A stretch of 64,000 nt of DNA from a virus. The translations under genes were made by a program, and so were the position numbers. The stretch spans positions 32,001 to 96,000 of the IMG/VR virus record IMGVR_UViG_3300043409_001462; one strand, written 5' to 3'. Below the pieces are notes generated by a model. It did no database searches. It had not been told where the DNA came from and saw nothing but the letters and a program-made list of their open reading frames with translations. This document shows positions 10,320 through 21,200 of the stretch, one piece after another. Each line of letters starts with the position of its first letter. Within the stretch, counting starts at the first letter, position 1.

Positions 10320-11369
10320 ATGGCATTACCCACACGTGGTACGTTAGGACAAATAGTTGTTAACAATGGTTACAACTATCAATGGACTGGTGTAGGCTGG
10401 AACAATATTGGTATAGCCACTATTACTGTTGGTGCGACCACAATCAATTCTACATCTTTATCAACTGGTACCACTACAGTAAACTCTACTGGAGTATCAG
10501 CTGGTACAACATCATTAACAACTACTGGTATTACAGCTGGTACTACTACAGTAAACTCTACTGGAGTTGCTGCAGGTACTACTACCTTAACGAGTTCAGG
10601 AGTAACAGCTGGATGTACTTCTATTACATCTACTGGTATTACAGCTACATCCGTAGTTTCAAATTCTGTATCTGTTGGCGCGACCACAATTAATTCTACT
10701 GGAGTTGCAGTAGGTTGTACTTCTATTTCCACGGTTGGTGTTTCAATAGGTTGTACTTCAATCACAACAACTGGTATTGTAGCAACTTCGTTAACAACTG
10801 GTACTACTACTATCAATTCTACTGGAGTTGCAGTAGGTTGTACTTCTATTACATCTGTCGGTATATCTGCAGGAGATACAGTTTTAACAACTGGTGGTAT
10901 GAGTTTTGGTACAGGTGCAAACAGTAGCGTAGTAAACTCTACTGTTGTTTCTGTTGGTACTACAGAAATACGTAACGATAGAATTACAGCTGGTAGTATC
11001 GTAATCGGTCAATCTAATAATATCGTTCTTGGTAATAGTACTGTTAACAGTGTTATTTCATCTACATTCATATCTGTTGGTGATGGTGTAATCAACTCTT
11101 CGTTCTTCACAGCAACGTCTAACAATGCGAATAACTTAGGTGGCGTTTCGTCTGATTACTACATAAACACTTATGGTAATTACGTAATAAGTGGAGTTCA
11201 TACATATAATGCTAATGTCGCAATAAATAGTCGTATTATAATTGGAGGTAGTGCAGGTAACACGTGGGATTTACTTACATCTAATGGTGTATCTAATAGC
11301 GTGTTTTGGGCTAATATTGCAACAGTAATTACTTCAACAGGCGCTAGTTTGGACGGTGGGGATTTCTAA
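10320..11369 (+). CDS. Thr-rich repeat fibre protein ending in DGGDF
   Basis: 12-aa repeats GTTTVNSTGVSA; ANNLGG motif; C-terminus LDGGDF. Confidence 0.7.
   Translation: MALPTRGTLGQIVVNNGYNYQWTGVGWNNIGIATITVGATTINSTSLSTGTTTVNSTGVSAGTTSLTTTGITAGTTTVNSTGVAAGTTTLTSSGVTAGCTSITSTGITATSVVSNSVSVGATTINSTGVAVGCTSISTVGVSIGCTSITTTGIVATSLTTGTTTINSTGVAVGCTSITSVGISAGDTVLTTGGMSFGTGANSSVVNSTVVSVGTTEIRNDRITAGSIVIGQSNNIVLGNSTVNSVISSTFISVGDGVINSSFFTATSNNANNLGGVSSDYYINTYGNYVISGVHTYNANVAINSRIIIGGSAGNTWDLLTSNGVSNSVFWANIATVITSTGASLDGGDF
10428..10900 (+). repeat. 12-aa Thr/Ser/Gly tandem repeat, several units with Cys (GCTSI)
   Basis: Visible in translation; DNA unit aattctactggagttgcagtaggttgtacttctatt occurs twice. 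Confidence 0.8.
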
Positions 11370-11372
11370 TTA

Positions 11373-11380
11373 AATAAATA
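11373..11380 (+). promoter_or_regulatory. late promoter variant AATAAATA
   Basis: Intergenic, upstream of the ATG at 11400. Confidence 0.5.
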
Positions 11381-11399
11381 ATAAAAAAAGGATTCCGTA

Positions 11400-13652
11400 A
11401 TGGCACGCAATACAATTCAAGTTAGACGTTCGGCGACAAATAGCATCACTAGCCTTCTTAGTGGTGGTTCGCTTGCGGCTGGTGAATTAGCATATACCAG
11501 TAATGGTGTTTTACTTTACATCGGTGATGCGAATAGCGTAGGTACACCTATCCGTATCGGCGGACAGATGAATCCTGGTGTTCTTACTGCTAATCAAGCT
11601 CTTGTTGCTAACTCTACACTTGGTATCGATAAAATTATAGTTGCAAATCTTGCAATTAGTAGAATTACTGCAAACGGCGAATTTGGAACTCCTGGTTATG
11701 TGTTGGCTACATCTGGTACGCTTGGTAATGCTTACTGGACTTCGTCTTCTGGTTTCGGTGTAGATCCTTTCGCTTCTTATGTTTGGACAAACACACATAC
11801 ATTTAGTAACTCAGTTACTTTTGAACAAACAATCATAGGTACATCATATAACTCTGCTAGACTTGGTGGTCTTGAGGCTGGTCAGTATGTTAATTCTACA
11901 TATCTAACTACCAATTTTCAATTAAGTGGTAGTGCGCTTTCTGATAATGTTGCTTCCCTTACAGCAAACAATGCTACTAATTTAGGTACGCAACCAGCTA
12001 CTTACTTTGCTGCTAATTCTGCTCTGAGTAATTACACAAATACTGCTAGTTTACCTGGATTTATGTCTACGAGAGCAGCTAACAGCGCCAGTTATCTTGG
12101 TGGTGAAGCAGCTACTTACTTTGCTGCTAATTCAGCTCTTGGTAATTATACAAATACTGCTAGTTTACCTGCATATATAGCTACAATATCTGCTAATAAT
12201 GCGAGTCATCTCGGCGGTCAGGTAGCGACTTACTTTGCTGCTAACTCTGCATTAGCAAACTATACAAATACTGCTAGTTTACCAGCATATATAGCTACAC
12301 AAACAGCATATAGCGCCGACAGACTTAATGGTCAGTTACCAACGTATTATACAACTAACTCAGCATTGTCTGGGTATGTTGCAACAATGACTGCAGGTAA
12401 TACTTCATTTGTCGGTGTAAGTCCAGCTTCTAGTATTGTTAATGCAACAACATTAACTGCAAATCTTAATAATTACGCTGCTCTTGCTGGTGCAAATTTT
12501 AGCGGTGTTGTTAATGCATACTCTTACAAAACTGGTACAGGATACGGTGGAGCTGGTGGCCCAACAACTACAGGCGCTATAGTTAATACAACTCATATCG
12601 CTATCGGTAACAGTAGTGTTAATGGTGCGATAACAGCTAACTCTACTAATGTATTTTTTACTGGTGTTGCATATAATGCTAACGTCGCTGCATATATCGG
12701 TACCGTAGCAGCTGCAGATGTTGCACCTCGTTCTGAAGTTGTAGCGTTAATTTATGATGCTTCTTATGGCGGTGCTACTCAATCATACGTTGATACAAAA
12801 GCTGCTCAAGCTTATACTAATGCGTTTAATTATGCGAGTATCAACCATAGCCTTGCTATAGCGAACTCTGTAACAGCATACACTAACGCTTTAGCTGTTA
12901 CGCTTACAAGAAATGCAACGTATACTGGTAATAATATATTCAATGGCACTATAGCAACATTTAATGCTAATATTGTTGCTTCTAATGCATCTTTTTGGAA
13001 TCTTAATGTTACTGGCAATTTAAATATTTCTGGTACACTAACTACTATCAATAGTACAGAACTTCAAATAAAAGACAACAGTATACTTCTATCTGATTCA
13101 CAAGCTAATTCGTCAACTTATACAGACGCTGTTGATATTATTGTATATGGTCAATTTGGTAATACTTCGAATACTTGGTATTCTGGTTTATATCGTGATT
13201 CTTCTGCTAGTCTAGGTCGAACTAATCCTAACTTAGGTGTTTGGAAATTATTTTCTGCAAAAAGTGGTACTGGTGATAATTCTATATCTAATTCTACTGT
13301 AGCTGCGATGACAGCTACTGAAGGAGATGTCAATTATAAACTAGGTATATTAACAGCTTACCTTGAACCATATGGCGAAACTGGCAGATTTGTTGCTAAT
13401 GCTACTTCTATTTCAATAACAGCTAACAGTACTGTTAATGTAAATATTTCTGCCAATTCATTAGTACTAAGTAGTCCGTTAGCAGCTGTAAGTGGTGGTA
13501 CTGGCATTAACACTTATAGCGTTGGTGATATGCTTTATGCTGCCAGTTCATCAACATTTACTAAAATATCTGTTGGTACTCCTGGTCAAATACTACAAAT
13601 ATCAGATCAAAACCTTCCACGTTATGCAGATTTGGATGGTGGCTCGTTTTAA
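11400..13652 (+). CDS. tail fibre protein, Mtd_N-like N-terminus, C-terminus DGGSF
   Basis: IQVRRS...AGELAYT; ANNAxxLGG repeats; GNLNISGTLTTINSTELQIKD shaft motif; SGGTG...GDMLYA motif; ends LDGGSF. Confidence 0.75.
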   Translation: MARNTIQVRRSATNSITSLLSGGSLAAGELAYTSNGVLLYIGDANSVGTPIRIGGQMNPGVLTANQALVANSTLGIDKIIVANLAISRITANGEFGTPGYVLATSGTLGNAYWTSSSGFGVDPFASYVWTNTHTFSNSVTFEQTIIGTSYNSARLGGLEAGQYVNSTYLTTNFQLSGSALSDNVASLTANNATNLGTQPATYFAANSALSNYTNTASLPGFMSTRAANSASYLGGEAATYFAANSALGNYTNTASLPAYIATISANNASHLGGQVATYFAANSALANYTNTASLPAYIATQTAYSADRLNGQLPTYYTTNSALSGYVATMTAGNTSFVGVSPASSIVNATTLTANLNNYAALAGANFSGVVNAYSYKTGTGYGGAGGPTTTGAIVNTTHIAIGNSSVNGAITANSTNVFFTGVAYNANVAAYIGTVAAADVAPRSEVVALIYDASYGGATQSYVDTKAAQAYTNAFNYASINHSLAIANSVTAYTNALAVTLTRNATYTGNNIFNGTIATFNANIVASNASFWNLNVTGNLNISGTLTTINSTELQIKDNSILLSDSQANSSTYTDAVDIIVYGQFGNTSNTWYSGLYRDSSASLGRTNPNLGVWKLFSAKSGTGDNSISNSTVAAMTATEGDVNYKLGILTAYLEPYGETGRFVANATSISITANSTVNVNISANSLVLSSPLAAVSGGTGINTYSVGDMLYAASSSTFTKISVGTPGQILQISDQNLPRYADLDGGSF
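11964..12370 (+). repeat. 114-nt/38-aa tandem repeat (ATYFAANSALxNYTNTASLP...), 3 clear copies plus a partial
   Basis: aaatactgctagtttacc recurs at 114-nt spacing (about 12038, 12152, 12266). Confidence 0.85.
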
Positions 13653-13668
13653 ATGATGGAGATATATT

Positions 13669-13995
13669 ATGAATGAAGAATTTATTAACACTTACATTGA
13701 AATGAACAACAAGAAAATTGAAGAACTAACTCGTTCTGAAATACTTCTTCAAACAAGGATAGTTATAGCCGAAAAGGCTGTTACTAAATTAAACGACGAG
13801 AAGAAAAGCTTTTCAGACGATTTTGAAAATTTCAAAGAAGTACAACTTAATGTTCAAAAAGAATACAGTGAGAAGAACAAAGAGTTGTTTAATGAAAATC
13901 AGGATTTAATTAATCAGAAAAAAATGTTATTGCAGGAAATTGAATCGTTGAAACAAGCAATCACTTTGGTTTCGGAGAATCAAAAAAAGAAGTAA
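13669..13995 (+). CDS. small coiled-coil protein, possible fibre chaperone
   Basis: Glu/Lys-rich heptads; GGAG RBS. Confidence 0.6.
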   Translation: MNEEFINTYIEMNNKKIEELTRSEILLQTRIVIAEKAVTKLNDEKKSFSDDFENFKEVQLNVQKEYSEKNKELFNENQDLINQKKMLLQEIESLKQAITLVSENQKKK

Positions 13996-13997
13996 TA

Positions 13998-14033
13998 CCT
14001 CGGTATATACCGATTATGAGGATGCCATATGGC
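13998..14033 (+). promoter_or_regulatory. palindromic element over the RBS and start codon of ORF 14029
   Basis: Perfect palindromes tcggtatataccga (14000-14013) and gccatatggc (14024-14033, contains the ATG); CCTC can pair with the SD GAGG. Confidence 0.5.
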
Positions 14034-16851
14034 TGATAATAAAATTTTAATTAAGCGCACGAACATCCCAGGTCGTGTCCCTAACACCACCAATTCATCT
14101 AATTCGATGTACATCGCAGCAGGTGAATTTGCGCTTAACATGGCGGACAAACAGCTATACACGTCAAATGGCTCCTCATTAATTACTATTGGATCTTCTC
14201 CTACAACATTAACGCTTGCTGATTCTTTACGTATTGGTTTAATTGAAACTAATTTACTGCTTATTAATTCAACAGCTGTATTTACTGGTAACGTTACTTC
14301 TAATACATTAGTAGGTACAGGTTCTATTTCAGTTCAAAATACTACTAGTAATTCAACAATAAGTCCAACAACGATTTATGTTGGTAACAATATAGCTAAT
14401 ATTTCATTGGACGTAACTGGTGGTGTGAAAACTATTCCAATTAGCTTTGCTAATATCAATTCTTCTGGTGTTGCAACAATACAAACTACTATCAATCACG
14501 GTATTACTCTTGTTACTCAGGCTAAACTATACGTAAATACTTCACAAATTTCTTTGAATACTGCGAACTACAGTTCTGATTATAACCCAGCTGGTTTTAA
14601 TATAGTCGCTATACCATCAGCAAATAGCGTAAAGGTTAACATACCTACAGCTGAATTTAAATATAGATGGGGTGATAGAACAATCACCTACATCAATAGA
14701 AATTTACAGGGTGTAGTTACCATCCTCACAAAAGGCGCTCATGGTTATCAAAATGGTGATAAAGCATACACTACTAATGTTAAGTACGACCCAAATAAAG
14801 CACCATTTACATTTCTAGATAATGTATTATTACCTGTACCGAGTACGCTTACTGTAGTAGATGATTTTACTGTAAATTACACTCAATCTGATTATTCTAG
14901 TGTTTCTAGATCAATTCAAGGAGCTAAGTTTACTTTAGCTGCTGTTGAACCTGTAATAGTAGGTATTCCTGAAAGAGGGCAGTATTTTGATAAAAAAATA
15001 GTTATTATTAGAGTTACTAGTTCAGTAGTATCTAGTTTTAAAGTAGGCGATCCTATAACACTTTCTGGTCTTCCATATCAACCAAATAGGGGCGATCATG
15101 ATAGAGTTGCTTCAGAAAGAGGAACTTATTTTAATAACGTAACTCAAATTTCTCCTTCTTATTTGAATAAAACTTGGTTCATTAAAGATATTGTTATTAA
15201 TAATGATAATACTACCTCTATTTCTATTTTTATAGTAGAAGAAGATCGATTGAAAAAGTGGTATTTTACTGGTGGTTTAAACGAAATAACTATAGGCGCT
15301 GGCGCATACATCTTAGTAAATTACACAGATACAGGCGTATTGACCAATACTTCTCAGCTTTGTCCATATTTTGCTAATAGTTCTATTGGCGGTGAAATTT
15401 ATGCAACAAACCCAACAGGTATTACTATCAAAAACGGATCAAAATTAATCTATGTTCTTGATAGCGCTGTATACGTTGGCAACAATACTATTGGTAATAT
15501 TATTGACGTTTCTGGTTCAAGAGTTTTTAAACCTACAGATGTAGAATCTATTATACCACCAACTTATATTGTTCAAGCAAGCACTGCTTCTTTAAACGAA
15601 GGCGGTACTGTAATTTACAGTATCACTACTTCTAATTTTGGTACAGGAACATTATACTGGACGAACTCTGGAACTACAATCGGTGCCGACTTTACAGATG
15701 GAACTAACTCAGGTACGATAAGTATAGTTAATAATTTCGGTACGATTAGTAAAACGTTAGTAAATGATTTTACTGCCGAAGGATTAGAAACTATTATATT
15801 AGAACTTCGCACTAACTCTACTTCTGGACCTATAGTTGCAACATCAAGTACAGTATCAGTTATCGATACTTCTTCTCAAACATACGCTATTGCCGCAAGT
15901 TCTTCTTTCAGAGACGAAGGTCAAACTATTACATTTACTGTGACAACACAGGGCGTTCCAAACGGAACTACTTTGTATTATAAAAACGTTGGTACGACAA
16001 TTGCAGCTGACTTTGATGATGGATTAAATTTTGGTAGCTTTAATATAAACGACAATAGTGGCACTGTCGTTAAAACAGTACGTAACGACTTTACTTCTGA
16101 AAATCAAGAAAATATTCGAATAGAAATTCATACTGTTTCTGTTGATGGACCTACAGTTGTTACTTCAAGTACGGTGCAAGTATTTGATACTTCTATTCCA
16201 ACATACTCTATTGCTGCTGATGTTAACCCAGTCGCAGAAGGTAATAAGGTTACATTTACTGTAACAACTCAAGGCGTTCCTGATGGAACTACTCTGTTTT
16301 GGACGAACTCAGGAACCACTACTGCAGCTGACTTCTACGAAAATACAAATTCAGGAAACTTTACTGTTTCAAATAACAGAGGAACAGTATCTAGAATTCT
16401 ATATTATGATTTACTCACAGAAGGATCCCAAAGTATTATATTCCAAGTTCGAACAGGTTCGACTTCTGGAACTATTGTCGCCTTCTCAGTACCAGTAACA
16501 GTAACCGATACTTCGATCGCAACTAGCCCATACTATGGAATAACACCAACAACTTATAGTACAAGCGAAGGAAACTCAGTTTCTTTTGACGTTTACGCCG
16601 AACAAACTCCAAACGGAACCACTCTTTATTGGACGAATGAAGGAACATCTACTGCGGCTGATTTTACAGACGATTTAAATTTTGGAACTGTTACTATTAA
16701 TAGTAGCCATGGTACTGTGGTCAGAAATATCAGACAGGATAGTTTGACAGAAGGGTCAGAAACATTTATATTTGCGTTAAGAACTGGTTCTATTACTGGA
16801 CCTATTGTTATTATGACAACTCCAATTACTATAGCCGCTAACGCTACTTAA
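14029..16851 (+). CDS. fibre/adhesin with Mtd_N-like N-terminus and four C-terminal Calx-beta/Ig-like repeats
   Basis: ILIKRT...AGEFALNMADKQLY; four ~105-aa units [ND]EG.T[VI].F.[VI]TT..GTTLYW...ADF...D.xxEG.E. Confidence 0.7.
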   Translation: MADNKILIKRTNIPGRVPNTTNSSNSMYIAAGEFALNMADKQLYTSNGSSLITIGSSPTTLTLADSLRIGLIETNLLLINSTAVFTGNVTSNTLVGTGSISVQNTTSNSTISPTTIYVGNNIANISLDVTGGVKTIPISFANINSSGVATIQTTINHGITLVTQAKLYVNTSQISLNTANYSSDYNPAGFNIVAIPSANSVKVNIPTAEFKYRWGDRTITYINRNLQGVVTILTKGAHGYQNGDKAYTTNVKYDPNKAPFTFLDNVLLPVPSTLTVVDDFTVNYTQSDYSSVSRSIQGAKFTLAAVEPVIVGIPERGQYFDKKIVIIRVTSSVVSSFKVGDPITLSGLPYQPNRGDHDRVASERGTYFNNVTQISPSYLNKTWFIKDIVINNDNTTSISIFIVEEDRLKKWYFTGGLNEITIGAGAYILVNYTDTGVLTNTSQLCPYFANSSIGGEIYATNPTGITIKNGSKLIYVLDSAVYVGNNTIGNIIDVSGSRVFKPTDVESIIPPTYIVQASTASLNEGGTVIYSITTSNFGTGTLYWTNSGTTIGADFTDGTNSGTISIVNNFGTISKTLVNDFTAEGLETIILELRTNSTSGPIVATSSTVSVIDTSSQTYAIAASSSFRDEGQTITFTVTTQGVPNGTTLYYKNVGTTIAADFDDGLNFGSFNINDNSGTVVKTVRNDFTSENQENIRIEIHTVSVDGPTVVTSSTVQVFDTSIPTYSIAADVNPVAEGNKVTFTVTTQGVPDGTTLFWTNSGTTTAADFYENTNSGNFTVSNNRGTVSRILYYDLLTEGSQSIIFQVRTGSTSGTIVAFSVPVTVTDTSIATSPYYGITPTTYSTSEGNSVSFDVYAEQTPNGTTLYWTNEGTSTAADFTDDLNFGTVTINSSHGTVVRNIRQDSLTEGSETFIFALRTGSITGPIVIMTTPITIAANAT
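15560..16848 (+). repeat. four tandem Calx-beta-like domains
   Basis: Repeated EG..V.F, GTTLYWTN.GT..AADF, SGPIV motifs. Confidence 0.75.
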
Positions 16852-16860
16852 GGATGATAA

Positions 16861-18222
16861 ATGGCTAACAATTTTTCTTCTATACTATCTTCTGATCACT
16901 TAGCAATTGAAACGCTCAGTGAACTACTGGATGGTCAGGTAGATCAAACTGCTAATAGTTTATACGCTAATGCTAGTATAATCAGCATTGGTAATTCTTC
17001 TGTATACACTTATATTACACCTTATGATTTTACTACTTCGAAAGTTACAATAGGCACCGCTTCTGCAAACGTAGTTATAGATCCATTAAGTATTAATTTA
17101 AGTTATGCTGGACGTAATACTTCTATTACTCCATTCAATTCTACTTTTGCTGGTTTATTAACAGCTGAAAGTGGTATTTTTGTAACAGGACAAACATATC
17201 TTGGTCAAGAATTATATGCTAATGGTATTGCTGGAAATAGCGGCGATGTACTTGTAGCTTCTGGCGCTGGTCAATACTGGTCAAATTCAGTAAACAATGC
17301 AATAAATCTTGCTGGCGTTCCTTCTACTTCTTATGTTAATTCTACTGGTACCTATACTATCAGCGGCGTTCATACACATATTGCAAACCTAGTATTTGGT
17401 AACTCTACCGTTAATTCTACTATGTTTGCTAACTCTACCAATGTATTCTTTACTGGAATTTCATATACAGCAAACAACTCTATAAATCTTGGTGGTGAAC
17501 CAAAATCTTATTACGCTGCGAATAGCTTATTAGATAACTATCTAACGCTTTCTGGAACAGCAGCTAACGTTGCTGAATTAACTGCTAACAATTCAAACTA
17601 CCTTGGTGGTATTGCAGCAAACGAATATATGTTGCTGACTACTCTTCCAGGTTTACAAACTAAAGCTGCTTTGGCAGATGACGTTCATAAATTAACAGCT
17701 AATAGTTCTGATTATCTTGGTTCTTATGCTGCAGATCAATACGCATTCGCTAACGTTATACCTACACTTCAAACTAAATCTGCATTACCATATGATGTTT
17801 CTCAATTATTAGCAAATAGCGCTAACTATCTTGGTGGTTTATATCATACTTTATACCCTACTAAATTTAATAATTCTATCATTACTGGTGTTTATACATA
17901 TAATGCAAATGTTCAGTTAAGAGCAGCTTTATGGGCTAACGGTAGTCCTGGAGCTCTTGGACAAGTACTGGCTGCAGATGCAAGCGGTAACGTGTTCTGG
18001 CAAACTACTAATGGTCAATCTATTTCTGTAAATAACTTTGTTGTTACTGGTAGAGTTGTAGCAAATTCTTTCGTTGGTGAAAAAGGATTAGTGTTAACGT
18101 CAAATGGTAATGGTGTTTATTGGTCTGATGTTAGCACTACAGGCGCAGGTACTTTCGATGGGGGTACACCTTTGTCTTCTTATATAAATAGTCCAAAACT
18201 AGACGCTGGCGGAGTGTATTAA
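16861..18222 (+). CDS. fibre protein ending in DGG...LDAGGVY
   Basis: AN[NS]SxYLGG repeats, three G-x-x-G-x-VL...W motifs, NGQSISVNNFVV; stop overlaps next start (taatg). Confidence 0.7.
   Translation: MANNFSSILSSDHLAIETLSELLDGQVDQTANSLYANASIISIGNSSVYTYITPYDFTTSKVTIGTASANVVIDPLSINLSYAGRNTSITPFNSTFAGLLTAESGIFVTGQTYLGQELYANGIAGNSGDVLVASGAGQYWSNSVNNAINLAGVPSTSYVNSTGTYTISGVHTHIANLVFGNSTVNSTMFANSTNVFFTGISYTANNSINLGGEPKSYYAANSLLDNYLTLSGTAANVAELTANNSNYLGGIAANEYMLLTTLPGLQTKAALADDVHKLTANSSDYLGSYAADQYAFANVIPTLQTKSALPYDVSQLLANSANYLGGLYHTLYPTKFNNSIITGVYTYNANVQLRAALWANGSPGALGQVLAADASGNVFWQTTNGQSISVNNFVVTGRVVANSFVGEKGLVLTSNGNGVYWSDVSTTGAGTFDGGTPLSSYINSPKLDAGGVY
18183..18190 (+). promoter_or_regulatory. 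T4-type late promoter TATAAATA
   Basis: Perfect consensus inside the 3' end of ORF 16861, 31 nt before the ATG at 18222. Confidence 0.6.
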
Positions 18223-21200
18223 TGGCAATTCAAATTCAATTTCGCAGAGGAACAGCCGCCCAGTGGGCTTCTGCGAACACTACACTTACGCAAGGTGAAC
18301 TTGGACTAGAAATAGACACAAGCTATTTTAAAATTGGTGATGGAAATACTGCTTGGACTAATTTAGGTTATGCTATATCACAGCTAGCAAATAATGCTAC
18401 ACATGCAAATAACTCTGCATATCTTGGTGGACTTATTGCTACTGGTTATCAAACCACTGCAGGACTAGCAGCTAACGTTGTTACTTTAGAAGCTAACTCT
18501 GCAACTTATCTTGGCGGTAACACAGCTGCTACGTTAAGAACATATACTGATGATAGAGCAGCTAATGCATACTCTAATTCTGTTTCGTATGTAGAAACAC
18601 AAATTAGTGGGAAAATTGCAAATTCTATTACAGCTAACTCTGCTACTGCTTACACTAACGCTGTAAACATAGCTGCAGCTGATGCATCAGCAAAAGTTGG
18701 TGGTGTTATATCTTATGTTGGTGTTGTAATTGGTACAGCTAATACTGCTATGGTTGCAAACGCTGAAGCTGCTTATACTAACTCTACAATATTCGCTTCG
18801 AACGCTACTAATATTAATACTGGTACGTTATCTGAAACTCGTTTACCATACCGTATGAACCAAAATGTTCGTACAACAGATAACGTTACATTCAATGATA
18901 TGGCGATTACTGGTAACTTGACTGTTACTGGAAATACTACAATCGTTGGCGCAAATAATCTAGTAGTTAAAGATTCTGTTATCAGTCTTCATACACAAGC
19001 TAACCTAGCTGCATGGACTTCGAATGATGGCAAGCTAGTTGGTGTTGCTTATCATTACTACGATACACAAGATCGTCAAGCTCTACTTGCGATGAATCCA
19101 TCGAATACATTTCTTACATATTACAAAACATCAACTGACGCTGCTATAGCTGATCCTACTGGTACTGATCTTGGTACTATTCAAGCTGATACTTTCTATG
19201 CTGGTAACTCTACTGTTTACTCAACAGTTAATGCTACTGTATACAGCGGAACAGCGAATAACGCATCATACTTAAATGGTAATTCAGCTGCAACGTTAAT
19301 ATCTCTTAGTAGCACATCGTATACGAATGCTGTTTCATATACAGATACCAAGATCGGTCTAGTTAACACAGCTATCACAGCTAACTCTTCTGCTGCTTAC
19401 TCTAATGCTGTACTTTATGTCGACAACAAATTATACGTCAACTCTGCTCAGTTGTCAAGCAATTTATCAAGCTATCAGACGACAGCAGGATTGAGCGCAA
19501 ATGTTGCTACTCTTACATCTAACAGTGCATCGTTTATAGGAACATTACCAGCTGTCAATGTTGTTTCTAATTCACAGTTATCTTCGAATCTAGCTAACTA
19601 CGTAACAACAACTAACCTTACAAACAACCTAGCTAACTATCAAACTACTGCTGGGTTAAGTTCAAATGTTGCTACTCTTACATCTAACAGTGCATCATTT
19701 GTTGGTGCTGTATCGGCTGCAAATGTCGTATCAAACGCCCAGCTTGTAGCAAACCTAGCTAACTACGCGACTACTACTGCAGCTACTGCATATGCAGCAA
19801 CAGCCTACTCGAATGCTGTATCTTATGTTGATGCTAAACCATACGTAAATACATCTCAGCTTTCATCTAACCTAGCTAACTACCAAACTACTGCTGGTTT
19901 GTCAGCAAATGTTGCAACACTAACTTCTAACAGTACATCGTTTGTTGGCGCTGTATCAGCTGCTAACGTTGTATCGAACACTCAGTTATCATCTAATCTA
20001 GCTAACTACCAAACTACTGCTGGTTTGGCAGCTAATGTCGCTACTCTTACAGCTAATAATAGTAGTTTTATTGGCGCAATATCTGCTGTTAACGTTGTAT
20101 CTAATTCTCAATTAAGTTCTAATCTTTCTGGGTATGCTTCATTAAGTGGTGCTACTTTTACTGGCGCTGTTCAAATTTCAAATAATTTAACAGTGTCTGG
20201 AAATATAACTTTTTCTGGTAATAGTGTTTCTGTTGGCGCAAATAGTTTAGTTATTCAAGACGCTGTTATCAGCCTTCATACTAATTCTAGTTTGGGTGCG
20301 TTATCTTCAAATGATGGTAAATTGATTGGTATAGAATATCATTACTATGATACTTCTGATAAACATGCATTACTAGCAATCAATCAATCAAACGCTTTTC
20401 TTTCATATTATAAAACTGCAACAGACGCAGCTATCGGAGATCCTACTGGTATATTACTTGGTACTATTCAGGCGGATACATTTTACGCTGGTAACTCTAC
20501 TGTATACACCACAACAAACTCTACAATTTATACTGGTACATCTAACAATACTTTATACGTAGGAACAGTATCAGCAGCCAACGTTGTATCTAATGCACAG
20601 CTAGCAGCTAACCTAGCAAACTTTGCTTCTTCTGGTTCTCTTTCAGGATACCAAACAACAGCGGGATTAGCAGCTAACGTAGCAACCTTAACATCTAACA
20701 GCACTAATTTTGTTGGTACTGTATCTGCCGCTAACGTTGTATCAAATAGTCAACTTAGCTCTAATCTTGCGAATTATCAAACTACTGCTGGCTTGTCAGC
20801 AAACGTAGCTACGCTTGCATCTAATAATGCATTGTATCTTGGAGGCGTAGCAGCTGCTTCATATGTTAATACTACTGGCTCTTATAGTATTACTGGCGTT
20901 CATACATATAACGCTAATATAGTTATTAGCACATTAGCTGGTATTTCTACTAATGGAACATTTGGTACATCTGGGCAGGTATTGACAACAAACGGTTCTG
21001 TTGTTTACTGGGCACCTACAGGCGCTGGTAGCTTTACTAATGGTCAATCTATTTCTGTTAATAATTTTGTAATTTCTGGAGTTATCACAGCTAATTCTTC
21101 TAATGGTACTGCAGGTCAGGTATTAACATCAAACAGTACTGGTGTTTATTGGGATGCGCCAGCTGTATCTATAACTGCTGCTAATGCTACTTCACAATCA

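Noticed and set aside
10382-10927. Trp/Tyr/Cys-rich alternative-frame ORFs (also 25387-25659) resembling RiPP precursors
   Set aside because: They are frame-shifted read-outs of Thr/Gly codon repeats (act, ggt) in the real fibre genes and have no RBS
6763-20830. CRISPR-like arrays in the repeat-rich fibre region
   Set aside because: Repeats are in-frame, degenerate at third positions and lack unique spacers; they are protein repeats
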